Both the position numbers and the translations under genes were made by a program. A model generated the notes under the pieces. It saw only the letters and a program-made list of their open reading frames with translations. It was not told where the DNA came from and did not search any database. DNA of 64,000 nt, from contig CM059432.1 in assembly GCA_030390025.1 (NCBI GenBank), positions 56,546,001 through 56,610,000 of the forward strand. The letters are read 5' to 3'. Origin of the DNA: Squalus acanthias (Eukaryota). Shown piece after piece: positions 13,151 through 24,946 of this stretch. The first letter of the stretch is position 1; every line of letters begins with the position of its first letter.

Positions 13151-14680
13151 CGTAGATTAGACTTGTAAAACTGTCTTTGGTTTATAAGGATCTCTTGAGT
13201 ATATAACAAAATTGGTTTTAACCCTCTGCTGTCCTGTGTGTTTCATTCCTATAATAGTTAACCATTAGACTTTGTGGGTTTAAAGTGATGCAGCTCCACC
13301 TTAGCAGTAGAATAATGTATTGTATATTACATGGCATAACACTCCTACCCAGATAGTGTACTTGCTGTGAACAGTTGCACACAGATACTTATTTAGACAT
13401 TGTTGCCTGAACTGCTTACTTCTGCAAATAATTCTATTTGTTACTAGAACTGTTTAATAATTTAGCCAGTTAGGAAAAGTGTCTGACATGGCTACTATGT
13501 CTTCTGAAGTGACTTGGTACATAGTGGATTCCTACGTGTTATCCAGCAGCCAATTAACAATAAACTTACCTATTTTATCTTGGAAATCCACGTAACAGAT
13601 TTCTGCAACATAATTTCACTTAATTTGGGACCAAGCACTGAAGTTCCACTAGATTCTCATGGTATCAGTTTATCTGGATTTTCCTGCTAATACTTCATCA
13701 GCTGTGAGTGTGCTCCACTTATTTGCAGCCTATGACAGTTATGAAATTATCCTTTTTGTTGTGGCAAAATCTTAATCCTGGCAAAAGCTCATTTTTTGCT
13801 TTTTGTATTAAATAAATAAAATTGGGAGTTGGGCAGTCCAATTTTCTTTATTTCTGATATATCTACTGCCAAAATGTTGAAATAAACAAGTTCAGATTAC
13901 ATTGTATGGATGAGCACACAGTATTTAGCCAACGAGCAGAAAATGTTAAGGCAATTAACCTGGGTCCTGCTTGGAGTATCTTTTGGTGCATTCTGGATAG
14001 TAACTGTAATGGTGTTTGTTTAGAACTGAGTCTGTGACTGCACTCAGTAAACAACATTTTGTTATTGCTCTGGTGAGTTATTGAAGTATGTGTTAATAGT
14101 TATTAGAAAGAAACCAATGAAATCCATGACCCTCCAATTTTATTTCTGCTGTGATCTTGCTTCCTGCTGGGCACAGCAACAACCTCATCTACTTCTGCAT
14201 CTAGCCCCATATCCTTCTCAGCTTCCCAGCCTCCAAACCCATGCAGACCTATGACGCTGCAGATTTTATGTTAACAGGCCAAAAAACTTGCTGAATTAGG
14301 AGCATTTCATCACTGTGAGAGCATATGGTTGTCTTGATATTTATCTGGCAATGAAGTTGAGGAAAGGGAACAAATTGCCTGAAGGCCTATTTTTTTGATA
14401 CTTAAAAAGTCTTGTTTGTGTTCCGAGTAAACTTAAGTTTGGCCAATTTAAATGCTCTAAATGGAAACCTGATAAGATTGAGGCATGTGAGAATTAAGAT
14501 GAGTTAATCCGCTTGGCGTCTGATTTTACATCATTCTAGGTACTCAACTACATTCAAACGATTAATACTGAAAGCAAACGTTTAAACTAAAATATTTCCA
14601 TTTCACTAAATTATAAAAGTTTGAGCAATAAACAGTTAATCAATTTTAAGCTTTCAATTTAACGCTTTCCAATTTTTCAG

Positions 14681-14811
14681 AATTGTGCTCACCACAGATT
14701 CTGCTCAACCCCATGTATTCTCCTTCAGGAGAGCCGACCATATTGCGAGCAGGTTTTTATGTTACTGATGTCCATACAGCTCCACAGTTAGCCAACAGGA
14801 AATGCAGTTAA
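14681..14811 (+). other. Candidate host exon (unidentified)
   Basis: Branch-like ttaac, pyrimidine tract and CAG at 14659-14680; 72 nt open in all 3 frames; phase-1 frame runs to TAA at 14809-14811. Confidence 0.2.
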
Positions 14812-14974
14812 AATGGAAAGAATCAGGATCCTTTTTCATCAGCCTCCCAACCTGTAGATGGGGCAATCACTCCATTTTTATGCCAGTTTATACTGTATAG
14901 TCGTGTTAATTTAACCAGGTTTCGGCTTCTCACAAAATCAAATTGTGTAAGATAGAAGAAAGATAAAAACATAA

Positions 14975-15045
14975 ACTTGTATTTATACAGCACTTTATCA
15001 CGTCTCTTAGAAACATCTCAAAATGCTTCATACGCAATGAGTAGG
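14975..15045 (-). mobile_element. SINE/L2-type 3' tail fragment
   Basis: Reverse complement gaagcattttgagatgtttctaagagacgtgataaagtgctgtataaatacaag. Confidence 0.55.
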
Positions 15046-15429
15046 ATCGTGGAATTCAAATGCAAAGTTATCCTCTCGGCTGTCTCAGATGTTTTCAAAT
15101 ATTTTTAATGTTAACAGAGAGCTGATGATCTCATCTATTTTCTCCTAACATCATAATGTAACTGCCAGTGAGTTATCCCTCAGCAGTGCAGCTCTGCCAG
15201 ACCTACGTCACTGTATACCTTTAGGATGATGCCTTAAGTGACTTGGTTGCAAATTAGTAAAATTTGGCACAAGTGGAGCAGGAGCCATGGGCCTCAAATT
15301 ATTGATCAACTGTTCAACTTATTAGATTGCATTATTTCAAATTTTTAGCAAAGAACGTAGCCCTTTTAAAATATGTTTAGGAAATAATTTTCTGAAACAA
15401 AGCCCTTGTGGCCTCCATCACAAACTCCA

Positions 15430-17020
15430 GATGCTTGTCATAGAATCCATTCTTTTTCCTGGCCACTGTCTCAGGCTGAACCAGACCTTTCACAACCTTG
15501 GCATCTCATTTGACCATGAGCTGGGCTTCTGAACCCATTTGCTCTCCATCACAAATACTACCAGCTCCACCTCCACAACATCACCCAGCTCAGCCTCTAC
15601 CTGTGTCTGTCTGCTACTGACAGCCTCATCCGTGGCTTTATCACCTGCAGACTCAATTATTTCAATACTACCCTGGTTGGCTTCCCTTCCTCCACCCTTT
15701 TGTAAACTGTAGCTCATCCAAAATTCTGCTGCCCATATCCTATAAAGCACATGCCCCAGCCTTCCATCTCCCCTGTTCCTCTCTGACCAACGTGGGCTCC
15801 TGGAACCCGAGCGCCTCCAACTTTTCATCCCTGTAATTAAATCCCTTCAAGGCCTCGCCCCTTGCTATAAACTCCTGTAGCTCGGCAAACTCTCACCCAA
15901 ACTCTTCGTTCCTTGACCATATTGGCCCGTAATTTCCGATAGGAGGCTTCCTGCGTGCGGATGCCTCCTATCGGGAAAAAATCTATGCAATTACCTGAGG
16001 GCTCCAGAGGTCTGGCCATTTCTGATCCTGGGCCTCTCCACGATGAAATGCGCAGGACCCACGTATCCCAGGGGCGCATGCGGTTCACAAGCGTCCCTGG
16101 GATCACGTGGGCTGGGATCACGTGGGCCAGGCGAGCCAATGGGAGAAGGGAATCCCCCTTCATACTTTTGACAGATAGACCTGTCAAAAGTATGAATGGG
16201 GATCACTGAAAAAAGACATCAAAACATTAAATAAATTTTAAAAAAACCATCACATTTTTAAAATGAGTTAAAATTACAGGAAATTAAATATTTTAAACAA
16301 ATTTAATTTTTTGAAAAAAATAATTAAAGATTTTTACGGGGCTAAAAATAAACTTACCTTTTTAAAAAAAAAGTATTTTAAAATTATAAATGAGTGGAAA
16401 ATGTTTTCTTTTTGTTCTTTTATGCTCTTATGCTGGTACCTGCTTTTACCAGGCGTAAGATTTTTAAGTGATTTCAGCGGGCGGAGGTTCTGCAGAAAGT
16501 GGAACACTCCACCCGCCGAGGCCCTTCTCCAGTGCAGGTGTCCGATCTATCAAGAGAATTCTTGACAGACCGGAAATGCCGGTTTTCAGCGCATGCCTGA
16601 AACTGGCATCTCCGATAGGAGGCTTCCTGCGTGCGGATGCCTCCTATCAGGAAAAAATCTACGCAATTACCTGAGGGCTCCAGAGGTCTGGCCATTTCCG
16701 ATCCTGGGCCTCTCCACGATCCTGGGCCTCTCCATAGGAATCGGAAAATACGGGCCAATGTGTCCCATTCTCCCTTTGCCCCAGCACTGTCAGCTGAGCC
16801 TTCATCTGCCTAGGCCACACACTCTGGGATTCCCTCACCTCTCCACCTTCCTCTCCTCGTTTAAGACCCTCCTTAAAATCCACCTCTTTGATCAAGCTGT
16901 TGGTCACCCCATCTAATATCTCCTTCTTTAGTTCAGTATCCATTTTTTTTCTTGTGCCTATGTGAAGCACCTTGGGATGTTTTTCTACATTACAGGTGCT
17001 GTAGAAATGCAAATTGTTGA
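15430..17020 (+). mobile_element. L2 3' remnant interrupted by MITE 15923-16757
   Basis: NLGISFD.EL, LIxxFITxRLNYxN, KLxLIQNSAA; tttaagaccctccttaaaatccacctctttga; L2 tail to ~17012. Confidence 0.8.
15923..16757 (+). mobile_element. Non-autonomous TIR element (MITE, probably Harbinger-mobilised)
   Basis: TIR tggcccgta(a/t)tttccgat, 17/18 match; several internal hairpins; homologous to 36625-37338 in the opposite orientation; only an AT dinucleotide is duplicated at the flanks. Confidence 0.85.
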
Positions 17021-17111
17021 TTATTCCATCATGGACAAATTTCTCCAACCTGTCGCCATCAGCAGCCTGCTAACGTGCTTACTTCAACCTTATCTGCATC
17101 TTTCATTATTA

Positions 17112-17725
17112 TCTAGGTTTAAAGAGCTGGGTCTATTTACTTTAGAGCAGCATAGACTTGGAGGCGACCTGATAGAGGTATATAAAATAATGAAATGGCT
17201 GGAATGCGTACCTATTGATAGATTATTTCAGTTTGCCAGATTGGGGAGCGCAATGGGTCGTGTATTTAAACGACGCTAGAGTAGGATAGGCTAGATGTTC
17301 GGTGGTTCTTCTTTGCTCAGAGTATTGAACCTTTGGAATGCAGTGCCGGCTTGTGCGGTGTGTGCTGACTCTCTGATCGCCTTCAAAAGGGAACTAGACC
17401 AGTTCTTGGCTGGGGCAGAGACCACATCTTATAAAAGGTAATTTAACAGTTAACGCTGCGTAGTCAATGTGATCTCCTGGTCTGGTTTTGATCGCTTGAG
17501 GGGGTCAGAGAGAAATTTTCCGGATTTGTTTTCCCTTTTTTGTCGCTGGGTTTATTTTTCTGTGTTTCTGTTTTTTTGCCTCTCCCAGGCGATTACATGG
17601 TGGGTGGCGGGGGGGAGGTGGGGTAGGAAGTGTCCAGTCATGATGCTCCAGGCATCATGAGTGTGAGGCAGTTTGATGGACCAGCTGTTTTTTTTTTCCA
17701 GCCGGTCATTTTTGTACGTTTGTGT
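17112..17725 (+). mobile_element. CR1 3' end, subfamily with long 3'UTR
   Basis: FKELGLFTLEQHRLGGDLIEVYKIM...FKRELD. Confidence 0.8.
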
Positions 17726-17744
17726 AAAGATTTGTATTGTATTT

Positions 17745-18522
17745 GCTCTCAAATCAGAAGGAAGTGACTGGTGGTGTCCCACATTGATCTGTGCTGGGGC
17801 ATCAACTATTCATTATATTTATTAATGACTTGGATAACACAATAGAGAGCCATATATCCAAGTTACCGATGATGCAAAGATAGGTGGCATAGTAATTCGT
17901 GTGGACGGGAGCATAAAATTACAAAGAGACGTTGATAGATTAAGTGAGTGGGCAAAACTGTGGCAGATGGATTTCAACGCAGGCAAGTGTGAGCTCATCC
18001 ATTTTGGATAAAATAAGAGTAGATCTGATTATTTTTTAAATGGTGAATAGCTAGGAACAATGGAGGTCCAAAGAGATTTAGGGATCCATGTACACAGATC
18101 ACTAAAATATAGTGGTCACGTACAAAAAGTAATCAAAAAGGCAAATGGAATGTAAGCCTTTATATCTAGAAGGCTGGAACATAAAGGGGAGGAAGCTTTG
18201 CTGCAGCTATACAAAGCCCTGGTCAGACCACATCTGGAGTCCTGGAAACAGTTCTGGACACCACACCTTTAGAAAGGGTGTATTGGCCTTGGAAAGAGTG
18301 CAGCGCAGATTCACCAGAATGTTACCAGCGCTCCAAGGGTTAGATTATGAGGAAAGATTACATAAACTAGGTTTGTATTCCATTGAAAATAGAAGGTTGA
18401 GGGGTTATTTGATTGAGGTTTTTAGGATTTTGAAAGGAATTGATAGAGCAGGTAAGAGAGAGACCTTTTCTGCTGCTGGGGGAGTCTTCGGACAAGGGGT
18501 CACAAGTACCTTTAAAATCAGA
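17745..18522 (+). mobile_element. CR1 RT fragment lacking its 3' end
   Basis: Degenerate GVPQ/FADD/WQMDFN; ALERVQRRFTRMLP; RRLRGYLIEVF. Confidence 0.88.
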
Positions 18523-19815
18523 GCGGGAGCAGAGACAGCGGGAGCAGCGGCTTAAAGAGAGCTGAGTGGAGACTTAAAAGAGTGACGTCACAGGACAGCA
18601 GGTAGGTGACTGGTTGGTGAGTATTACAGCTCTTTTGCTCTCTAGGTTAGGTAAGTGGATTAAATTTAGAACTGGGAGAGTATTAACTACTATAACTTTA
18701 TTGAATTAATAACTTAATTTTTAGTTTTAATTAGTTAATTTAGTTTAACAGTAAAAATAGTAGTTTGAATAAATACTGTAACTAATTAATTATATAAATA
18801 AAATAAGGTTAGATAGAGATGGCAGTGCAGGTGGTGTGCCGTAACTGCAGTATTTGGGAGTTGGTGGAGACCAATCAGATCCCGAGCAACCACATCTCTG
18901 TGGTAAGTGCCTGCAGCTCAAGGAACTTCGGCTCAGAGTTGTTGCGCTGGAGTCCGAGCTGCAGACATTGCAATGCATCAGGGAAGGGGAGAGTTACCTG
19001 GACACTGTTCCTGGAGGCAGTCACACCCCTTAGGTTAAGCAGTACTTTAGAATTAGTTAATCGTCAGGGACAGGAGGGTGTGACTGCGAACCAGGAAGGT
19101 ATGGGGACCCAGGATGTAGTGATGGAGGAGCCTCAGCCCTTGACCTTGTCCAACAGGTACAAGGTATTTGCTGCCTGTATGGATGAGAACAAGGACTGCA
19201 GGGAGGATGGGCAAACTGACCACGGCACCGTGGTACAGGCGGCCACTCAAGTGGGGGAGAGCAAAAAGGAATGTGGTAGTGGTAGGCGACAGTATAGTCA
19301 GGGGGATAGATACTGTTCTCTGCAGCCGCGACCGGGAGTTCCGAAGGTTGTTTTGCCTGCCTGGTGCTAGGGTTAAGGATATCTCCTTGCGGCTGGAGAA
19401 GAACTTGGAATGGGAGGGGGAGGATCCAGTTGTCGTGCTCCACGTAGGAACCAACGACATAGGTAGAACTAGGAATGAGATTCTGCTGAGGAAGTTTGAG
19501 GAGCTAGGATCCAAATTAAAAAGCAGAACCTCAAAGGTAATAATCTCTGGGTTGTTACCTGAGCCATGCGCAAATTGGCATAGGGACAAACAGATTAGAG
19601 GTTTAAATGCGTGGCTCAAAGAGTGGTGTGGGAGGAAGGGGTTTCAGTTCATGGGGCACTGGCACCAGTACTGGGGAAAGAGGGATCTGTTCTGTTGGGA
19701 CGGGCTCCACTTAAACTGGGCTGGGACCAGTGTCCTGGCGAACCGAATAACTAGGGCAGCAGACAGGGCTTTAAACTAATTAAGGGGGGTGGGAGGATTG
19801 AGGAAAGAGTAAATT
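18523..19815 (+). mobile_element. CR1 5'UTR plus ORF1, ORF2 missing
   Basis: 5'UTR with CRE TGACGTCA at 18583-18590; ORF1 starts at 18819. Confidence 0.9.
18819..19779 (+). pseudogene. CR1 ORF1p: N-terminal CxxC zinc finger/coiled coil plus SGNH (GDSL) esterase, frameshifted
   Basis: VVCRNCSIWE; LSNRY; VVVGDSIVRG, CLPGA, HVGTND, DGLHLN. Confidence 0.9.
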
Positions 19816-19817
19816 TA

Positions 19818-20645
19818 AGTAAGTATTTGTTTAATTTCTCTGCCATTTCCTTATTCCCCATTATATTTTCTCCTGTCTCAACCTGTAAGGGACACACATT
19901 TACTTTCATTAATCTTTTCCTTTTTACATGCTTATAGAAGCTTTTACAGCCTGTTTTTATGTCTTTCGCTAGTTTACTCTCATTTTCTATTTTCCCTTCC
20001 TTTATCAATTTCTTGGTCCTCCTTCTGTGCTGTTATGACTCTAAGACATGCGCCTTTAATTTCCTGATTTATACACTGCCCTACTGTTTGGGGGCCTATA
20101 AACAACTCCCAGCAATGTTTTCTGCCCCTTGCTATTTCTTAGCTCCACCCAAACTGTTCTACTTCTTGATTTTCGGAACTAAGAGCCTTTCTCTCTACTG
20201 CCTTTATCCGATCCTTTATTATCAGGGCTACCCCTCATCCTTTTCCATTTTGCCTATCTCTTCTAAAAGTTAAGTATCCTGGAATATTTTGTTCCGACCC
20301 GTGGCCACTTTGCAACCACGTCTCTGTTATGAGTATTAGATCAAACATGTTAAATTCTATCTGCGCTATTAATTCATCTATTTTGTTGCGAATGCTTCGC
20401 GCGTTCAGATATAGTGCCTTTAGCTTTGACTTTGACTTATTTCCATTTTTCCATGATGTCACCTTTGTCACTGATGCCTTATTACTTTTGTTACTCTCTC
20501 TGTCCCTTCCTGACCCACTCTGCTTATTTTTACCCAAAACTCTACTCTAGAGCCTTGACATTTCTCTCATTGCTTTTAAATTTACTCTTTCCTGAATCCT
20601 CCCACCCCCCCTTCATTCGTTTAAAGCACTGTCTATTGCCCTAGT
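19818..20645 (-). mobile_element. CR1 ORF2 5' part with internal deletions
   Basis: YLNARSIRNK...ITETWL...RRDR (EN); KSFYKHVKRKR...LNKY. Confidence 0.88.
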
Positions 20646-20647
20646 CA

Positions 20648-21416
20648 AGTAGGTTTTTCTCTCATGTTGGTTCTCTCACCACCTGTCGCAGGCCCAGACT
20701 GGCAGCTATGTCCTTCAGGACTCAGCTAGCTCGGTCAGTAGTGGTGCTACCGAGCCACTCTTGATAATGGACATTGAAGTCCTCCACCCAGCTACTCTGT
20801 GCTTCTTCTAGTTGGTGTTCAACATGGAGGAATACTGATTCATCAGCTGAGGGAGGGCGGTAGGTGGTAATCAGCAGGAGGCTTCCTTGCCCATGCTTGA
20901 CCTGAAGCCATTTTACTTCATGAGGTCTCCCAAGGCCACTCCTTCCCGATTGTATACCACTGTGCCACCACCCCTGATGTGGACATACCCAGGGACAGTG
21001 ATGGAGGAGTTTGGGATATTGGCTGAAAGGTATGTTTCTGTGAGTATGACTGACAGGCTGTTGCTTGTCTAGTCTGTGGGACAGCTCTCCCAATTTTGGC
21101 ACCAGTCCCCAGACGTTAATGAGGAGAACTTTGCAGGGTCTACTGGGCTGGGGTCTGGAGTCACATATAGGCCAGATCAGGTAAGGATGGCAGATTTCCT
21201 TCCCTAAAGGACATTAGTGAACCAGACGGGCTTTTACGACAATCCGATAGTTTCATGGTCACCATTACTGATACTAGCTTTTTATTCCAGATTTATTTAA
21301 TTAACTGAATTTATATTCCCCAGCTGCCATGGTGGGGTTTGAACTCATGTCATCGGATCATTAGTCCAGGCTCTGGATTACTTGTCCAGTAATATAACCA
21401 CTATGCTACCGTACCC
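20648..21416 (-). mobile_element. tRNA-like Pol III head joined directly to an APE-endonuclease LINE fragment (distinct CR1/L2-group family)
   Basis: A box TAGCATAGTGG (21398-21408), B box GTTCAAACC (~21336-21344); EN motifs LLINVWGL, TTYRPPS, DFNVH. Confidence 0.75.
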
Positions 21417-22403
21417 TACTGTTGTTAGCAGTTAACTAATTGGGATTTCTGCAGTAACAGCGCAGATCAATTGACTGATTTAATACTCTGGGTCTTGCTT
21501 TTTTGACCTGGTCAGTGACTGTAATTGAATGCTGGTCAGGTTATTAACTGGATTCATGTGGCCATGCGTGCCTGTACGCCTGAGAATCCGGGCACAATGT
21601 GATGCACCTCCCCCCCCACCCCCCGAGTGAACACAATCGGCAGGAACTCTCCTTTCCAATGTGGGTACGTGGCCAGTTTTGTGGGTGGGTACTGTTTCGG
21701 GAGAAGGGCATGTTGAACTAATGTTAAACATTGCGGATACTCGAGCGTAAAGTAGTTATGGGCACAACTCACTTGCGCTTAAAATTCCGTGATCTTTTGC
21801 GGTGTTTGATTTGATTCTCCCAGATTAAGCGGTTATCTGGGCGGAAATCATCTGGAAACTTCAGGCTGTTCAGTTTTGCAATTACATAAGTGCTTGTTCC
21901 TCTTCATTCTAAATCCTCCATGTATCACCAGGATTAAGCAAAAAATACCAGTGAAAAGAATTGCATGAGTGATATTACAGCACCTCCCAAATGGCGTTTC
22001 TTTTCCACACTATATACAGAGATTGCATCCCAAGTGAGATCAGTTCATTTTCCCACAGTCAGCTTCAGTTTTTTTAATTGGCGATTGTCCAGTCAGTTCA
22101 TTTTATGCCTGTTGAGCTGTTTGGTTTCAGGCACAGCTCAAAATGGCAGTGTTGGATATCTATTCTTGCTGTTACGTTTGCCGTTGAAGCACAACAGAGT
22201 TACCTGTCTTGATTCCTTGAAGCTTCCCCCCGCCCCCACCTCCCCAAAGATGATTGGTTAAGTTGTTGGAGTTGACATCAGTGTTACCTTGCCTGACTGA
22301 AGCTCCAGTGAGGCCACAATTTTGGGTACTAAAACAAGACATTTTTTTCTGTAGCTTCAGATACAAGCTGCCGGTCTGCTTTGGCATTGGTGACTTGGTT
22401 CAA

Positions 22404-22862
22404 AAAAGAAAGAAATGTATTTACATAGCGCCTTTCACAACCTCAGGACGCCCCAAAGCGCCTCACAGCCAATGAAGTACTTCTGAAGTGTAGTCACTGT
22501 TGTAATGTAGGAAACACAACAGCCAATTTGTGCACAGCAAGCTCCCACAAATAGCAATGTGATAATGACCAGATAATCTGTTTTAGTGATGTTGATTGAG
22601 GGATAAATATTGGCCAGAACGCTGGAGATAACTCCCCTGCTCCTCTTCGAAGTAGTGCCACGGGATCTTTTACGTCTGCCTGAGAGAGCAAATGGGGCCT
22701 CAATTTAACGTCTCATCCGAAAGATGGCACCTCTGACAGTGCAGTGCTCCCTCAATACTGCATTGGAGTGTCAGCCTAGATTTTTCGACACTCTTCTCTG
22801 GAGTAGGACTTGAACCCACAACCTTCTGACTCAGAAGCAAGAGTGCTACCACGTGAGCTAGG
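22404..22862 (-). mobile_element. DeuSINE (SacSINE1/AmnSINE-like) tRNA-derived SINE, full length
   Basis: A box 22849-22860, B box 22806-22816, central gtaaaagatcccgtggcacta core, L2-type tail aggcgctatgtaaat. Confidence 0.85.
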
Positions 22863-24004
22863 ATTCAAGCTGATATTATTCCATATCGATATTGTTATAA
22901 CACAAGACTTCATTATAAAGTCCAAGTTTTCAGTGCTAGCCAGCATCACACAGACACTGCTGTTGAAGGCTCCGCACAGGCTTATTTCCCTAACGTATTT
23001 CAATTGGCCTGCAACTAATAAATCTAAGAGATCATATTGTATAAACTACAGTGAGATGTAGCATTTGGTAACTGTAGTTACAGCCCTTTCACAAGGGCAA
23101 ATATTTGTCCTAAGGATTTAAGTGCTCACAACCATGGATAAGCAAACAGGATGCATATAAAAAGTTAGCCCCATCCTCCTGGCAGAATTCCAATTCTTCA
23201 ACCCAAAGTCAGGGCCGACCTATAATTTCACGAAGACCAGTGGAGAAACATCATCACAGATTATGCCCGATTACACTTTAAATGTTGAATTGGGAGTTCC
23301 TTAAATTCAGGTGAATATCGCCTGCAGAGCCTGGACTTGGCAATCATTCTGTTGGCATATATCATTGCTCTTTTGCAAAGTACACCATGTTTATGATTTA
23401 AGAGAAATTATGCTTGCTTCTGGATCTGTGACACTTGGAACAAAAGCCTCAAAGAAGGAAAAGTTAAAGATTATATTTATGTCCTAAATCTTTAAGACAT
23501 CCTTGGACAGTCATATGACCTAATTATCAAGCAATTTTATGATTTTCATGCCTACAGACCTTGCAACGGGAGGTTCAAGCTCTTGCCATCTGTTAGGTAG
23601 TGTCAACAAAGCATTGTTTGTACATTTTGATGTCTTGCTTTAGTTATAGTTTAGGATGGGAATACAGGAAAGTACAAACCAGAGTAGACTATACAACCCA
23701 CCTGGCTGGTCACAAAATCTAAAAGCACTTAATTCCCACTCCTTCAAGTAAATAGCACATAATCCAGTTCGACGGAGTACTGCTTCTACAGAGCACTAAA
23801 CTCGGAATTTGGTGAGTGAGGGGATTCGGTGCATTGAGGGGAAGTGGTGCTGTTCTGGTATTTTAAAAAACAAGGAGCGGTCCGAGACAGGGAGCGTGAG
23901 GCAGCAATACCTGACAGCTGAGGTCTGGAGACATTCATTAAAATTAATAGTTTAAACAAGATACTAATTAGTTTCTGAAAGAGGGAATAGACATTTTTTA
24001 GATC

Positions 24005-24946
24005 ATGAATGGGCAGCTGATACCAGTTGTTTGCAATTCCTGCACCATGTGGGAACTTCAGGACACTTCATGTGTCTTGGGGGACCATGTCTTTAGGAAG
24101 TGTTTCCAGCTGCTTGAGCTCGAGCTCAGGGTTTCCGAGCTTAAGGGCAGCTGGAGTCACTGCGGAGCATCAGGGAGGCTGAGAGTTTCCTGGACCGTAC
24201 GTTCCAGGAGGTGGCCACCCCACAGGCAGAGAGAGTTCAGGATAGTAAATGGGTTGCCGTCCGGGAGAGTAGGAAGAGGCAGGAAGTGCAGGAGTCTTCA
24301 GGGTGTGTGTCACTCTCAAACCGGTACGCAGCATTGGAGATTGCTGGGAGTGACGACACCTTGAAGGAGTGCAGTCCAGACCATGGCACCAATGGGCAAG
24401 GGACTGCACAGGGGGGAAACAGCAAAGCGTAGAAATGCAGTCATTATAGGAGATTCCATAGTTAGAGGGACAGACGGGCGTTTCTGTAACCGTCACCGTG
24501 AGTCCCACATGGTGTGTTGCCTCCCTGGTGCCAGGGTAAAGGACATCATGCAGAGGGTGCAGAATATTCTGCAGGGGGAAGGGAGTGAGCCAGAAGTTGT
24601 GGTACACATCAGTACCAATGACACAGAGAGGGCGGCAGGTATTGAGGTCCAACAGTCAGACTTTCAGGAGTTAGGGAGGAACTTAAAAAGTAGGACCTCA
24701 AAGGTAGTAATCTCTGTATTACTCCCAGTGCCACGTGCCAGCGAGAGTAGAAATAGGAAGATAGGGAGGATCAATGCGTGGCTTGAGGCATGGTGCAGGA
24801 GGGAGGGCTTCAGATTCTTGGCGCGTTGGGACCAGTTCTGGAGCAGGAGGCACCTATTCAAAAGGGACGGGTTGCACCTCAACAGGACTGGGACCAATGT
24901 CCTCATGGGGAGGTTCACTAGTGTGGTTGGGGAGGGTTTTAACTAA
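24005..24946 (+). pseudogene. CR1 ORF1p (Zn finger plus SGNH esterase), frameshifted
   Basis: VVCNSCTMWE; LSNRY; IIGDSIVRG; CLPGA; HISTND; DGLHLN. Confidence 0.9.

Noticed and set aside
13570..13602. 33-nt minus-strand micro-exon (cag|...AG|gtaagt)
   Set aside because: Good donor but poor pyrimidine tract, unrecognised peptide, and opposite strand to the other candidates.
21336..22862. tRNA genes
   Set aside because: A/B boxes belong to retroposon heads; I could not build a cloverleaf, and the sequence continues into SINE/LINE body.
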